DNA of 64,000 bases from Candidatus Thalassarchaeum betae (GCA_022447095.1 JAKUUP010000004.1:5499-69498); one strand, 5' to 3'; positions 1 through 9,838 are shown, numbered from the stretch's first letter. The notes: a model not told the origin generated them from the sequence alone. Numbers and translations: made by a program.

Positions 1-616
1 CCAGTCGGAGGATCCGTTGGCGCAGCCTATAGTGACGATACTCCTAGACACCGGCCTGCGGGTCTCAGAGTTGTGCGGGCTGGACACAGACGATGTCGAC
101 ACCGAGGACATGTCCGCCTTGGTGATCGGTGGCAAGGGGGAGAAGGACCGCACGGTCCTGTTCACCCAAGCAACAGTGAAGGCCATCGAGGGCTGGACTC
201 CGATTCGAAATACTAGGAGGGGGATCTGCGAACGGGAGGATGAGCAGCGCTCACTCCTGCTCTCAAGCAGGGGCCGCAGGATGAACCCACGCTCGGTCCA
301 GAAACTGATGGACAGGCTGGCTGACGCTGCCGATATACCGCGCTCCCGCCTCAGCCCGCACACGCTTCGGCACACCTTCGCTACCGGGCTTCTGGAACGC
401 GGCGCCGACCTCGTCACCATCCAGAGGCTACTGGGTCACGCTAGCATTGCAACGACGAGGGTGTACTTGGAGATCGGAGATCAGACTCTGAGGGAGATCT
501 ACCACCGTGCCCAGAGAGAAGGGGCCACTACCGATGATCCAGACGAAGTCACAGTCATCGAAGCCGAAGAGTCGTCGCCTGAAGTCGGCGAGGCGCCCTA
601 CCAGAGAATCCCTTGA
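1..616 (+). CDS. Tyrosine recombinase / phage-type integrase (XerA/XerCD-like), C-terminal catalytic part; 5' end lies outside the window
   Basis: The ORF runs in from the window edge. Catalytic motifs of the tyrosine recombinase family are present: LSPHTLRHTFAT (R...HxxR box) and LLGHASIATTRVYL (conserved His plus the nucleophilic Tyr). An atypical insert (TPIRNTRRGICEREDEQ...) follows the second conserved region. Confidence 0.7.
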   Translation, partial: QSEDPLAQPIVTILLDTGLRVSELCGLDTDDVDTEDMSALVIGGKGEKDRTVLFTQATVKAIEGWTPIRNTRRGICEREDEQRSLLLSSRGRRMNPRSVQKLMDRLADAADIPRSRLSPHTLRHTFATGLLERGADLVTIQRLLGHASIATTRVYLEIGDQTLREIYHRAQREGATTDDPDEVTVIEAEESSPEVGEAPYQRIP

Positions 617-892
617 GGCTACTTCCTAGCCGGGTTCTTCTTGTTGCCGCGTTTGTCTACCGACTCGGGGCCCTGCCACTCGCGGTCCGCTAGCATGGAG
701 AATCCCGGGTGGGACGGGATGGGGCAGTGCTTCCCTGCTCTGCACCTGCTGCAATTGTCAGAAGGAGGGTGTTCGACCACCTTCTGGAGCCTTCCGTACT
801 TTCGGCGCGGCATGAGATACGCTCGGTTTGGAGGGTCTTAGCGGTTCCCACCAGCGCGCAACGTTCAATCCGTCGCGCGCTCGCAGAGGTCC

Positions 893-1732
893 GTGACTGA
901 CGGCTCAGAACGACCCGTGGGGTCGGACCCCAGCGTCACAGTGCTCTACGCACAGGTGTGCGACGGGCAACCGAGGATGGCGATAGACGAAGAGGGGTAT
1001 CTTCGCGCCGAAGGCTGGCCTGGAGCAGGGGGGAAGGTGTTCCTGGGTGACGTTTCCCAAGCCGCGCTACGGGCTCTCGGCCCCCACGACCCGCCCAGAT
1101 TCACAGAGCAGCCGGGCTACGACGAACAGAAGTGGGAGTTGACCTCGCGCGCTAACGAGTTGTCCTTGACCATCACCAGCCGAGCATACTGGGGCTTCGG
1201 ACTGTTCGCGACCAGCTTCCTCAACAGAATCGAGATCACGGGGCCTCTGGGGCTACGAGCTAGATGCGTCCACGACCTCGTCGCCTCACTCGGCAGGAAC
1301 CCTTGGGAGGCTTCACGGCTGCGACAGTTCGAGAAAGCCTCCGAGTGCGACTCCTCACAGCACAAGGAAGCATGGGAGAGCCTCATCAGCCGAGCGAGGG
1401 AGGACATGGCCGAGGAGGTGAACCATCTCGAGGATGCCCTGAGGAAACTCAGGGGCTCCGACCAGTCAGTCGAGGGAGTTCTCGATGCCGCCGACAATGC
1501 GCTGCAGGAGGCTCGGGCCGCTCTGGCGGACCGCAATGCCCCGGCGGTCGAGCGCGCGCTGGGACGCGCGGCCAGCGCTATCATCGAGGCCGACCCGAGC
1601 ACAGAGGTGCGTGAGACCGAGCGGTTGGCTCAGCGGCACTCAGTCACTCCGAACACCCAGAAGCAGGATGATGTCGATGCTGAGCACCTGCTCGACGAGG
1701 TTCCCTTCGTCGACCTCTCCGAAGAGGAGTGA
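893..1732 (+). CDS. Hypothetical protein with a central coiled-coil-like region and an acidic C-terminus (..DEVPFVDLSEEE)
   Basis: Long ORF with GC3-rich codon usage. I recognise no family motif. It sits next to the recombinase. Confidence 0.4.
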   Translation: MTDGSERPVGSDPSVTVLYAQVCDGQPRMAIDEEGYLRAEGWPGAGGKVFLGDVSQAALRALGPHDPPRFTEQPGYDEQKWELTSRANELSLTITSRAYWGFGLFATSFLNRIEITGPLGLRARCVHDLVASLGRNPWEASRLRQFEKASECDSSQHKEAWESLISRAREDMAEEVNHLEDALRKLRGSDQSVEGVLDAADNALQEARAALADRNAPAVERALGRAASAIIEADPSTEVRETERLAQRHSVTPNTQKQDDVDAEHLLDEVPFVDLSEEE

Positions 1733-1936
1733 TCAGAGTCCCAGCGTGGCCCACATCCAAGACCACACTCCATAATTGGCGAGGTAGATGGCCACTGAGA
1801 ATATTATGCAGGCCGCGTAAATCGAGCCCTTCGAGATCTGTATGGCGTCCTCGGACTCCTCGTCGAAGTAGCGGATCAGTCCAGCAGCCTGCTGGATTCC
1901 ACTGCGCTTCTCCTCCTTAGCCATCGGCCGTCGCAC
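1733..1936 (-). CDS. secG: Preprotein translocase subunit Sec61-beta (archaeal SecG)
   Basis: About 60 aa. The sequence SGIQQAAGLIRYFDEESE...ISKGSIYAACIIFSVAIYLA matches the Sec61-beta signature (AGLxRYFxE followed by a single C-terminal TM helix). Confidence 0.65.
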   Translation of the reverse strand: MRRPMAKEEKRSGIQQAAGLIRYFDEESEDAIQISKGSIYAACIIFSVAIYLANYGVWSWMWATLGL

Positions 1937-1993
1937 CTGCCTGCACTATTTCAAGCCCACGAGAAGTGAGAATGCGACCCCATAGGGGTCGAG

Positions 1994-2356
1994 TCAGGGG
2001 TCCAGCGTCTCAATCAGGACGCATCCGCCATCGAGTTCGACTATCCTCGACGCTGCGTTCATCGCGGTGTCGATGCACGCCGTCATCAGGATCTCCCTGC
2101 GTTTCCCGTTGTTGGACTCAAACACTAGCCTGTGACTGAGGATATCTAGGACTTCGCGGTCAACAATCTGCCATATCCACTTGTCGCGCTCGATGGTCAC
2201 TAGCGCTTCGACGGGCACGAGGGGGCCCTGCTCCCTCCCTACGGCCCTAGCGCGTTCGACCAGTTCGACCAGTTTCCTAGTCGCTCCATTCAAATCTGTC
2301 TTCGTTGGTTCTCCCGAACTCCTAGCAATTCTCCTATCTAATCCTCTCATGTGCAT
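1994..2356 (-). CDS. Conserved hypothetical protein (weak resemblance to the KEOPS Pcc1 family)
   Basis: 120-aa ORF divergent from the NSUN gene. The segment ILMTACIDTAMNAASRIVEL is only weakly Pcc1-like; the assignment is tentative. Confidence 0.3.
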   Translation of the reverse strand: MHMRGLDRRIARSSGEPTKTDLNGATRKLVELVERARAVGREQGPLVPVEALVTIERDKWIWQIVDREVLDILSHRLVFESNNGKRREILMTACIDTAMNAASRIVELDGGCVLIETLDP

Positions 2357-2509
2357 CCCATGCGGCTTGCGCCACGGGCGCCGAGCGCTTCGCTGAGGGT
2401 TTAACCATTTACGATGCCGTTCGGTGCTAGAAGGTCAATCGAATAGGGCGCTCGACTCGCGGAACAGCGCCATCGAGTAATTGATGCGTGGCGCTCTCGC
2501 CCGTGGGCC

Positions 2510-4156
2510 ATGAGCCAGAGTGAGATGCCTTGGGACCAACTAGCGCGGGAGAGCGTCCTGCTACAAGCGGTTTCAGTGTGGAGGGACGATCCGGAGAATT
2601 GGCTCGCGGGCTCGTTCGACAGACTGCCCGAGACAGTCCGCGTCAACCCACTGAGGTCCGACAGCGAATGGACCGAGGGTTGGTTGGAGGGGATTGGTTC
2701 TGAGAGGATAGGGTGGTTCATCGGACCCGGCAGCGCTTGGACGCTGCCATTCAATCGAGGTGCTGCCGAGGGCGACATCAGAGAAATGCTGGCCGACCTC
2801 CACGAGACTGGTAGGCTGACTCGTCAGGAGGCGGTCTCGATGCTGCCAGCAATAGCTCTGGACGCGCAACCCGGAGAAGTGGTTCTCGACATGTGCGCCT
2901 CGCCCGGCTCCAAGACGACTCAGATCTCAGAGCATCTGGGTGAAGCGGGGGCGGTATTCGCAAACGAGGTGGTGAACTCAAGGGTCAACATGCTGGTGAC
3001 TAACGTACAGAGGCATAGATCCAGAACCCCGGTTGTCGTACATCACGACGGTCGGTACATCCCACGTGTGCCCGAATCAGGCTTCGACAGGATCCTGGTC
3101 GATGTCCCCTGCACCGGTTCGGGGACTACTAGGAAGAACCCCGATGTCTGGGGAAAGTGGCTCCCCTCCGGAGGACGTTCCCTGCACGACCTGCAGGTCG
3201 CCCTGCTGACGCGGGCTGTAGCGCTGGTGAAGCCCGGTGGAAGGATAGTCTACGCGACCTGTTCGCTCGACCCAGTCGAAGACGAGGCGGTTGTGGCTGA
3301 GGTACTGCGCAACTCCGAGGGCGTCGACATGAAGTCGGTCAGGGAGTTGCTGCCTGATGTGCCCGGCGAGGCAGGGCGCGCCGACTGGCCCAGTCTGGAC
3401 GATGACGGTGAGGTCGCTGTCGTCGAGATGCCTGAATCCATGCAGCCGCCAAGCGAGCAGGGCATCGCCTCGCAACTGCCTCGCTCCATGCGCGTGTGGA
3501 ACGACAAGATAGGAGGAGGTGGATTCTTCATCGCCGTGCTGGAGAAGTCCGAGGACGCATCCGAGCGTCCGGCTCCTGAGGTCGAGGTGAAGATGACCGT
3601 TGAGGAGGTCAAGGCGGACTCTGACAACTCCCCCCGCCCGATTCCGGACGAGGTTGCTTCGGTAGTGGAGTCGGCATGGGGGGCGTTGCCGAACAACCTC
3701 TGGCTGCGTGGCAAGCGGCTGCTGCTTTCAACTCCAGAGGTGCACGATGTCTGGGAGTCTGAAAGAAGCCGGCGCGGCGGTCGGACGAGGATTCCGGGCG
3801 GACGCTGGCGCCCGCTCAAAGTCATCCACCTCGGACTCAGTGCCGCGCGCCTGCGAAGAGGTGCTGTCGAGAGAATCGTCGCAGGGGCGGCACACGAACT
3901 GGCTCCGAGACTGCCGAATGCCTCAAGCGAAGTCGATGGCGAACTCATCGATGGTTTGCTTGCAGATGAGGAGACATCTCCTGACGAGGCTGGAGTGAAT
4001 GCTGTCAAAGGCGGTCACATTCTCATCGATCGAGTCACCCGGGACTGCGTGCCGGTGTGGGTCGGCGTACGGGTGAGTCTGATGATGGGGAAAGCAGAGC
4101 GCCGGATTCTCTCACTCAAACGGGGTTTATCGATAACTGAGAAAGAAGAGGAATAG
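2510..4156 (+). CDS. NOL1/NOP2/Sun-family RNA cytosine-C5 methyltransferase with a long acidic C-terminal extension
   Basis: Motifs DMCASPGSKT (SAM motif I), VDVPCTGSGTTRKNPDVW (catalytic Cys motif) and TCSLDPVEDE (second catalytic Cys) define RsmB/NSUN m5C methyltransferases. Confidence 0.8.
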   Translation: MSQSEMPWDQLARESVLLQAVSVWRDDPENWLAGSFDRLPETVRVNPLRSDSEWTEGWLEGIGSERIGWFIGPGSAWTLPFNRGAAEGDIREMLADLHETGRLTRQEAVSMLPAIALDAQPGEVVLDMCASPGSKTTQISEHLGEAGAVFANEVVNSRVNMLVTNVQRHRSRTPVVVHHDGRYIPRVPESGFDRILVDVPCTGSGTTRKNPDVWGKWLPSGGRSLHDLQVALLTRAVALVKPGGRIVYATCSLDPVEDEAVVAEVLRNSEGVDMKSVRELLPDVPGEAGRADWPSLDDDGEVAVVEMPESMQPPSEQGIASQLPRSMRVWNDKIGGGGFFIAVLEKSEDASERPAPEVEVKMTVEEVKADSDNSPRPIPDEVASVVESAWGALPNNLWLRGKRLLLSTPEVHDVWESERSRRGGRTRIPGGRWRPLKVIHLGLSAARLRRGAVERIVAGAAHELAPRLPNASSEVDGELIDGLLADEETSPDEAGVNAVKGGHILIDRVTRDCVPVWVGVRVSLMMGKAERRILSLKRGLSITEKEEE

Positions 4157-4251
4157 TAGCCATCTCGATGAACATTCGACCAAGCAACTATCCTAGTAGC
4201 CTGCATATGTTCAATAGCCGTACCGCGGACTCCGCAACTCCCGGTGATTAC

Positions 4252-4701
4252 ATGCTCGATGAAACCGATTGTCGCATCCTCTCGGTACTGCAACGAGACG
4301 CTAGGACCTCGATGCGAAAGATCTCTGAGGAAGTGGGCGTTTCCCTAGGCACTGTGAGCAATCGGGTGCGCAAACTCGAGGAGGCCGGTGTAGTTCTCGG
4401 ATACACCGTGCTGCTGGACCCTGAGAAGATTGGATGGGACCTGAATGTCGTCATCGGGCTGCGCATACAAAAGGGTCGTCTGATCGAGATCCAGGAGAAG
4501 ATCGCCAAGGACTCGCGCGTCTATGGAGTGTACGACGTGACCGGTGACTTCGACTCCATGGTCGTCGCTCGGGCCCGTGACAGAAGTGATTTGGATGAGT
4601 TGTCCAAGAACGTCATGTCGGTCGACGGTGTCGAGCGCTCGGTAACTCATCTCGTCCTGAATACCGTCAAGGAATCCCCGACTACTCTGCCGGAGGAGTA
4701 G
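4252..4701 (+). CDS. lrp: Lrp/AsnC-family transcriptional regulator
   Basis: LDETDCRILSVLQRDARTSMRKISEEVGVSLGTVSNRVRKLEEAGVV is the HTH_AsnC motif, followed by a RAM domain. The ORF frame opens at 4168; the internal ATG at 4252 is the likely start. Confidence 0.8.
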   Translation: MLDETDCRILSVLQRDARTSMRKISEEVGVSLGTVSNRVRKLEEAGVVLGYTVLLDPEKIGWDLNVVIGLRIQKGRLIEIQEKIAKDSRVYGVYDVTGDFDSMVVARARDRSDLDELSKNVMSVDGVERSVTHLVLNTVKESPTTLPEE

Positions 4702-5292
4702 TCAGCCCAGTTCTTCGAGTTGCTCCTCAATCATCGGAATCAGAGATTTGGCGTGTGGGGCCAGAGACTCCACCGTCCTGCCTTCGGGCTTCATCACCTT
4801 CAGAAGCACCCTCCTAAGTTCCTCGTCAACAGGGACATCGAGGGCCATCAGCCTGTCCCTGAGACCGGTCTGTAATCTGCCTCCGGTCCTGTCCCAGTCC
4901 ATCAGCAGAATCAGCGGTGGTCCGCTGTCGACGGTGTTTCGGGTACCGTAGGTGTCATGAAGATAAGCGACCAATCGAGAGCGGTCCCAGCCGCGGTTCA
5001 CCTTCTCTATCGTCCCGGAGAATCCCAACACCTGGAGGGCCTTTTCGTCCTTGATGCCCTCGACCATCACCGGGCAGTCCGGGGAACCTATCGTTGGGCG
5101 GTTCCTGAGGATGGATTCGGCTATGGCTCTGGCCGCCGCTCGGAATCTAATCTCACGGTCCGGCGGGCCGGCCTTCCGAGCTCGCTCGTCGACCCAGTCA
5201 GGCAGGTCCTTCCTCGTGGACATCGTCAGTCCTCTCGCGACCAATTCAGAGTCATCTTCAGTAGTCCTAAATCGGCATCTCCTTGAAGTCAT
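4702..5292 (-). CDS. Small Toprim-domain protein
   Basis: VMVEGIKDEKALQVLGF...ILLMDWDRTGGRL matches the Toprim E...DxDxxG signature. The real start may be the internal Met 23 codons downstream of the ORF start (about 5223). Confidence 0.5.
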   Translation of the reverse strand: MTSRRCRFRTTEDDSELVARGLTMSTRKDLPDWVDERARKAGPPDREIRFRAAARAIAESILRNRPTIGSPDCPVMVEGIKDEKALQVLGFSGTIEKVNRGWDRSRLVAYLHDTYGTRNTVDSGPPLILLMDWDRTGGRLQTGLRDRLMALDVPVDEELRRVLLKVMKPEGRTVESLAPHAKSLIPMIEEQLEELG

Positions 5293-5379
5293 TTCTTGAC
5301 CACTCTTCGCTGCCTCTCCAGATGTCGATTCCGCGATACTTATGAGGGTGTTTCGTACGCGTCTGGATGAGAGATAGCT

Positions 5380-6093
5380 ATGGCTGGAGTGACCCCGCTA
5401 TACGATGCCTTATGGGAAGACTACATCCTATGGTCGCTATTTGTCGGGGCAATCACATTTGGATGGCTCTACCACCACACTTTCTACTACCGCTCGGTCG
5501 ACGGTGAGAGTCCTAATGTCGATGATCTAAAGGTGGGTGTTTTCCCAAAAGACTACGACAATCTGAGACTTGAGATCACATGGACTGTCTTGCCGTTCAT
5601 CCTCATAGTCTGGCTAACTTACATCTCGTGGGCACCACTCGACGCGGTCTGGAGTCAAACCGGTCCGGATGGCTACCACGGCAGCGAGTGCACGGAGGGA
5701 GAGTCTTCCAACAATTACGTCGATGAGGGTGGGTACGTCCGGTCAGACTGCTATCATGCGATGTCTATCGACGCCCAGCAGTGGTTCTGGGAGTTCGACT
5801 GCATGGAACTGACCGAAGACCTGTGCTCCACCGACTTCGCAACCGTTGAGGGTGAGACCAAACCCTTGCTGAATCTGAAGGCCGGGGAGACTTACCTTGC
5901 GACTTTGACTTCCCAGGATGTGACCCACGCTCCGAAATTCACCAACTTCGGGATGATGGAGGATGTCATTCCTGGAGTGGAGACCAATCTTTGGCTCCCT
6001 GCAACTGAGGAGGTTTCCTTCCTCATGCTGTGCGCAGAGTTCTGCGGAGACAACCATGCGTACATGACTGCTCAAGTTACTGTGAACGGCTAG
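5380..6093 (+). CDS. coxB: Cytochrome c oxidase subunit II (CuA subunit)
   Basis: Two N-terminal TM helices. CuA ligand motif H...CAEFCGDNHAYM. First gene of the coxBACD cluster. Confidence 0.85.
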   Translation: MAGVTPLYDALWEDYILWSLFVGAITFGWLYHHTFYYRSVDGESPNVDDLKVGVFPKDYDNLRLEITWTVLPFILIVWLTYISWAPLDAVWSQTGPDGYHGSECTEGESSNNYVDEGGYVRSDCYHAMSIDAQQWFWEFDCMELTEDLCSTDFATVEGETKPLLNLKAGETYLATLTSQDVTHAPKFTNFGMMEDVIPGVETNLWLPATEEVSFLMLCAEFCGDNHAYMTAQVTVNG

Positions 6094-6119
6094 GTGGGAT
6101 TATGGGCATGGAGGGAGTG

Positions 6120-8423
6120 ATGTCACGTAGACTGGTAATATTCTCCATCTTGGCCTTGGCCATGGTCGTGGCTCCATCGGTCACATCGCTGCCAAGCGGG
6201 ATCTCCGGTGTGAAGGATACTGGCTGCAATTGTCACGGTACGGATACAAGCGACTCCGTCATTGCTTCCATCTCCGGGCTGCCGGAGTCCTACAACGCAT
6301 CGGTGACCTACGCCGTCACGGTCTCCTTCACTGGAGGACCCGGGAGTGAGGGCAACGCGAATGTCGGCGGGTTCAACCTCTGGGCCAGCGATGGCTCATT
6401 CGCGACAGTAGATTCATCCACCCAACTGATGGGTCCCAGCGAAGCCACACACACCGTAGAAGGTAACGACCAGAGCTCTTGGACCATCGAGTGGACGGCC
6501 CCGGACAGCGGCAAGGATGTCGATTTCGTGCTGCATACCAACTCGGTTAACGGCAACGAGGGTGATTCTGGCTCCAGCGGCGACATGTGGAACAAGGCCG
6601 AGGCAACCGTACTCGGCTTCGGCCCCCCTCCGCCTCCGCCTGTTGACCCGTTCAAGGTGCTGGCTACTCTGATTCTGGTCTCTTCAGTACTACTGAGTAT
6701 CGTCGTCCTCTATGTCTTCTACCGCAACAACCCGGATGGTTTCGAGTGGGAAAAATTCGCTCCTTGGATAACAGAATGGCTCACCAGCACCGATCACAAG
6801 AAGATAGGCACGTTGTATTTCGTTCAGGGGCTGTTCTTCCTCGGGGTCGGCGGCATCATGGCGATGATGATACGGGTGCAACTCTCTTCCCCCGGTAATG
6901 ACTTCATCAGCCAGGATTACTACAACCAGTTCTTCACTTTGCACGGAACTACGATGATCTTCCTAGCTGCGATGCCGCTGATAGCGGGCTTCGCCAATTG
7001 GATCGTGCCTCTGCAGATAGGTGCACCTGACCTAGCCTTCCCCCGCCTCAACGCCCTCTCTTTCTGGCTGCAACCCGTATCCGCGTTGCTGATCTTCACC
7101 GGGGTGTTCTCGGGTGCTGGAGCCGATACCGGATGGACCGGTTACGCGCCCTATGTCGTGACTGAGACTGCGCATGCGGGCGTTAGCATGTGGGCCGCGG
7201 GGCAGCTCATGTTAGTCGCATCATCCACTCTCACTGGAATCAACTTCCTGACCACGATCGCGGTAATGCGCGCGCCCGGGATGGGCTGGTTCCAGATGCC
7301 ACTCTTCACCTGGTCGATACTCGTCGCCAACCTGATGCTGTTCCTCTCCATACCGGCGTTCGGGGTCGGACTGATTCAGGTCTATCTGGATCGTACCATC
7401 GGGACGGGTTTCTACGACGTCTCAGCAGGCGGAGACCCGTTACTCTGGAGTCATCTGTTCTGGTACTTCGGACACCCTGAGGTATACGTGGTCGTGGTCC
7501 CTGCATTCGGAGTGATCTCCGAAGTAGTTGCGACGAGTGCGCGACGCTCTATCTTCGGCTACAAGTCGATGGTCTACGCGATGGCGGGCATCGGCATAGT
7601 TGCCTTCATCGTCTACGGGCACCACATGTTCACCTCGGGAATGTCTCCCACTCTCCGGTTCGTCACCATGCTGACGACCATGCTGGTCGCGGTCCCAACT
7701 GGAATCAAGGTGTTCAACTGGCTCAAGACGATGCATGGTGGCTCGCTCGTCTACCGCACGCACACACTCTGGACTCTGGGCTTCCTAGTCACCTTCACGC
7801 TCGGTGGGATATCCGGGATGTTCTTCCCGTCTATGGGAATGGACGTTCATCTGCACGAGACCTACTTCGTCGTCGCCCACTTCCATTACGTGCTGGTGGG
7901 AGGCACTGTCTTCGGCTTCTTCGCCGCCATCTACTACTGGTACCCTAAGATGACTGGTAGGATGCTGGATGAGAGGCTCGGAGTACTGCACTTCCTTACT
8001 GGTTTCATCTCCTACAACGCCTTGTTCTGGCCGATGCACCGACTCGGTGTGGTCGGGATGATCCGGAGGACACACACCTACTACATCACCACCGATGACT
8101 TCCAAGCTCTGCCGGAGTGGGCTGCTGATTGGAACATGATGATCTCGATATCCGCCTTCCTGTTCTTCGCCAGCAACCTGATTCTGGTTGCTAACATGAT
8201 CAAGTCGTTGGTCCGTGGCGAGAAGGCCCCCGCCGACCCTTGGGGTGGCTGGTCCTTCGAGTGGATGACCTCCTCACCGCCACCGACACCTAGTTTCGAC
8301 CCGCACGACATTCCTACACTGAAGGATGCCAACGAACACGTGGCTAACGAGCCGGGTAAAATTGGCAAGTGGTTCCAGAGGCTCATGGTAGCTGACGATA
8401 CAGTAGAGGAGGGATCTCATTGA
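6120..8423 (+). CDS. coxA: Cytochrome c oxidase subunit I fused to an N-terminal ~190-aa secreted domain (signal peptide, beta-rich domain, PPPPPP linker, then 12-TM CoxA)
   Basis: GGGAGTGATG ribosome-binding site at 6111-6122. Signal peptide MSRRLVIFSILALAMVVAPSVTS. CoxA signatures WLTSTDHKKIGTLYF, GHPEVY and HHMF...HFHYVL. In-frame with the long ORF 6030-8423. ATGA overlap with coxC. Confidence 0.85.
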   Translation: MSRRLVIFSILALAMVVAPSVTSLPSGISGVKDTGCNCHGTDTSDSVIASISGLPESYNASVTYAVTVSFTGGPGSEGNANVGGFNLWASDGSFATVDSSTQLMGPSEATHTVEGNDQSSWTIEWTAPDSGKDVDFVLHTNSVNGNEGDSGSSGDMWNKAEATVLGFGPPPPPPVDPFKVLATLILVSSVLLSIVVLYVFYRNNPDGFEWEKFAPWITEWLTSTDHKKIGTLYFVQGLFFLGVGGIMAMMIRVQLSSPGNDFISQDYYNQFFTLHGTTMIFLAAMPLIAGFANWIVPLQIGAPDLAFPRLNALSFWLQPVSALLIFTGVFSGAGADTGWTGYAPYVVTETAHAGVSMWAAGQLMLVASSTLTGINFLTTIAVMRAPGMGWFQMPLFTWSILVANLMLFLSIPAFGVGLIQVYLDRTIGTGFYDVSAGGDPLLWSHLFWYFGHPEVYVVVVPAFGVISEVVATSARRSIFGYKSMVYAMAGIGIVAFIVYGHHMFTSGMSPTLRFVTMLTTMLVAVPTGIKVFNWLKTMHGGSLVYRTHTLWTLGFLVTFTLGGISGMFFPSMGMDVHLHETYFVVAHFHYVLVGGTVFGFFAAIYYWYPKMTGRMLDERLGVLHFLTGFISYNALFWPMHRLGVVGMIRRTHTYYITTDDFQALPEWAADWNMMISISAFLFFASNLILVANMIKSLVRGEKAPADPWGGWSFEWMTSSPPPTPSFDPHDIPTLKDANEHVANEPGKIGKWFQRLMVADDTVEEGSH

Positions 8424-9469
8424 GCGATGACTACGGCCATGACGAGGACCACCCTAGCCCATGGGGCCCTCATGACTGGGGCCATGGTGCGCCGCACAAC
8501 TCATTCGCCCCACTCATTCTGGCAATCGGCGTCGGCATCTTCCTACTGATGTTCGGCAATTTGTTCGCCTTTGGCGAGTACGACTCCGGTTACCTGCCGA
8601 TGGTATTCGTCGGGTTAGCCGTTATCGCGTCCTCATTCATCGTATGGTGGCGTCAGGACATGTCATTCGACGGTACCTACGAGCCACGTTCCAGCGGAGT
8701 CCCGTTCAAGAACATCCAGATTCGCAAGGTGGGGGTGTGGGTCTTCCTGATGTCCGAGATGATGATCTTCACCTCCCTGTTCAGCACCTACATGCGCTAC
8801 AGGCTGGGAATCCCCCGCTGCGACACCGTGTTCGAGTCCGGAGACTGGGTAGAGGGCGTCGCAGTAAACTGCTACGAGCCGGCGAGTCAATTGATCGCTT
8901 CGAGTTGGTGGCACATAGCCCCGGGGGCTATCAACACCTTCGCGCTGATTATCTCGTCGTTCACCATCGTGCAGGCACTGCGCTGGGCCCACAAGCCCGA
9001 GGGCAGCGTCGACGAGGAGGTTCGCAGGAAGAGGGTCTACCGTTACCTAGGCGCGACCTGGCTCTTGGCCACCCTCTTCCTGACATTGAAGATGGTCGAG
9101 TGGTTCATCGGCTTCCATGTGCCGGAGATAGGATTCCTCGGAATCCACGAGCATGAGATACACTCTCTGTACAGCGAGGGTTACCTGATCAGCAACGACC
9201 ATTACCAATCCCACAACTACGTCGATGAGGCCACCGGGGCTCATATGGTGGCCAACATAAAGGTCAGCGCCACGATGTTCTATGTCACCACCGGCACGCA
9301 CGGTGCCCACGTGTTAGGCGGGATAATTGGGCTGACCTACCTGACCTACAAGGCATGGACCGGTGCATACACGCCCCAGAGCGCTGTCTCTATCGAGTAC
9401 TTCGGCCTCTACTGGCACTTCGTCGACCTAGTATGGGTCCTCGTGTTCCCATTCTTCTATCTGTACTGA
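8420..9469 (+). CDS. coxC: Cytochrome c oxidase subunit III
   Basis: WWHIAPGAINTFALI, HGAHVLGGIIGLTYL and YWHFVDLVWVLVFPFFYLY are COX3 signatures. Confidence 0.8.
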   Translation: MSDDYGHDEDHPSPWGPHDWGHGAPHNSFAPLILAIGVGIFLLMFGNLFAFGEYDSGYLPMVFVGLAVIASSFIVWWRQDMSFDGTYEPRSSGVPFKNIQIRKVGVWVFLMSEMMIFTSLFSTYMRYRLGIPRCDTVFESGDWVEGVAVNCYEPASQLIASSWWHIAPGAINTFALIISSFTIVQALRWAHKPEGSVDEEVRRKRVYRYLGATWLLATLFLTLKMVEWFIGFHVPEIGFLGIHEHEIHSLYSEGYLISNDHYQSHNYVDEATGAHMVANIKVSATMFYVTTGTHGAHVLGGIIGLTYLTYKAWTGAYTPQSAVSIEYFGLYWHFVDLVWVLVFPFFYLY

Positions 9470-9478
9470 GGTGAAAAC

Positions 9479-9838
9479 ATGTCAAACAAAATCTTGGGCA
9501 TAGACGCATACTGGCTGAACTTCGCCGGGCTGATGCTGCTCACCCTGATCGAGGTGGCGGCTGTAGGAGCGGACTTAGGGCCCACTGCAGGAGGCTTCGA
9601 TATGACAGAGAGGCAACTGACCCTGTGGATACTCACGATAATCGCGATTCCAAAGTTCATGATGATAGCAGCCATCTTCATGCACCTCTGGGGGGAGGGA
9701 GATTCGGGGATACTGACTCTTACCGCTCTGTTCCCGGCCTTCTTCATCATCGTCATGATCCTATTCATCGGACTCACTCACCCAGAAGCGACCACGGGGC
9801 TACCAGCATGGTGCAGACCCGGTACATACGGCCTGTGA
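9479..9838 (+). CDS. coxD: Cytochrome c oxidase subunit IV (prokaryotic CoxD family)
   Basis: 119-aa, 3-TM protein with KFMMIAAIFMHL matching the CoxD/CtaF small-subunit family. Sits directly after coxC. Confidence 0.6.
   Translation: MSNKILGIDAYWLNFAGLMLLTLIEVAAVGADLGPTAGGFDMTERQLTLWILTIIAIPKFMMIAAIFMHLWGEGDSGILTLTALFPAFFIIVMILFIGLTHPEATTGLPAWCRPGTYGL

Noticed and set aside
3250-4008. 252-aa Ser/Thr-rich minus-strand ORF
   Set aside because: Antisense to the well-supported NSUN methyltransferase gene. Its low-complexity composition is typical of spurious ORFs in high-GC DNA.
6150-6250. Possible haem-c (CxxCH) site in the CoxA N-terminal domain
   Set aside because: The motif is C-N-C-H (CxCH), with one residue between the cysteines and not two. 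It therefore cannot be called a cytochrome c haem-binding site.
8644-9156. 170-aa plus-strand ORF and 8663-8992 minus ORF
   Set aside because: Out-of-frame or antisense within coxC, which has clear COX3 signatures in its own frame.
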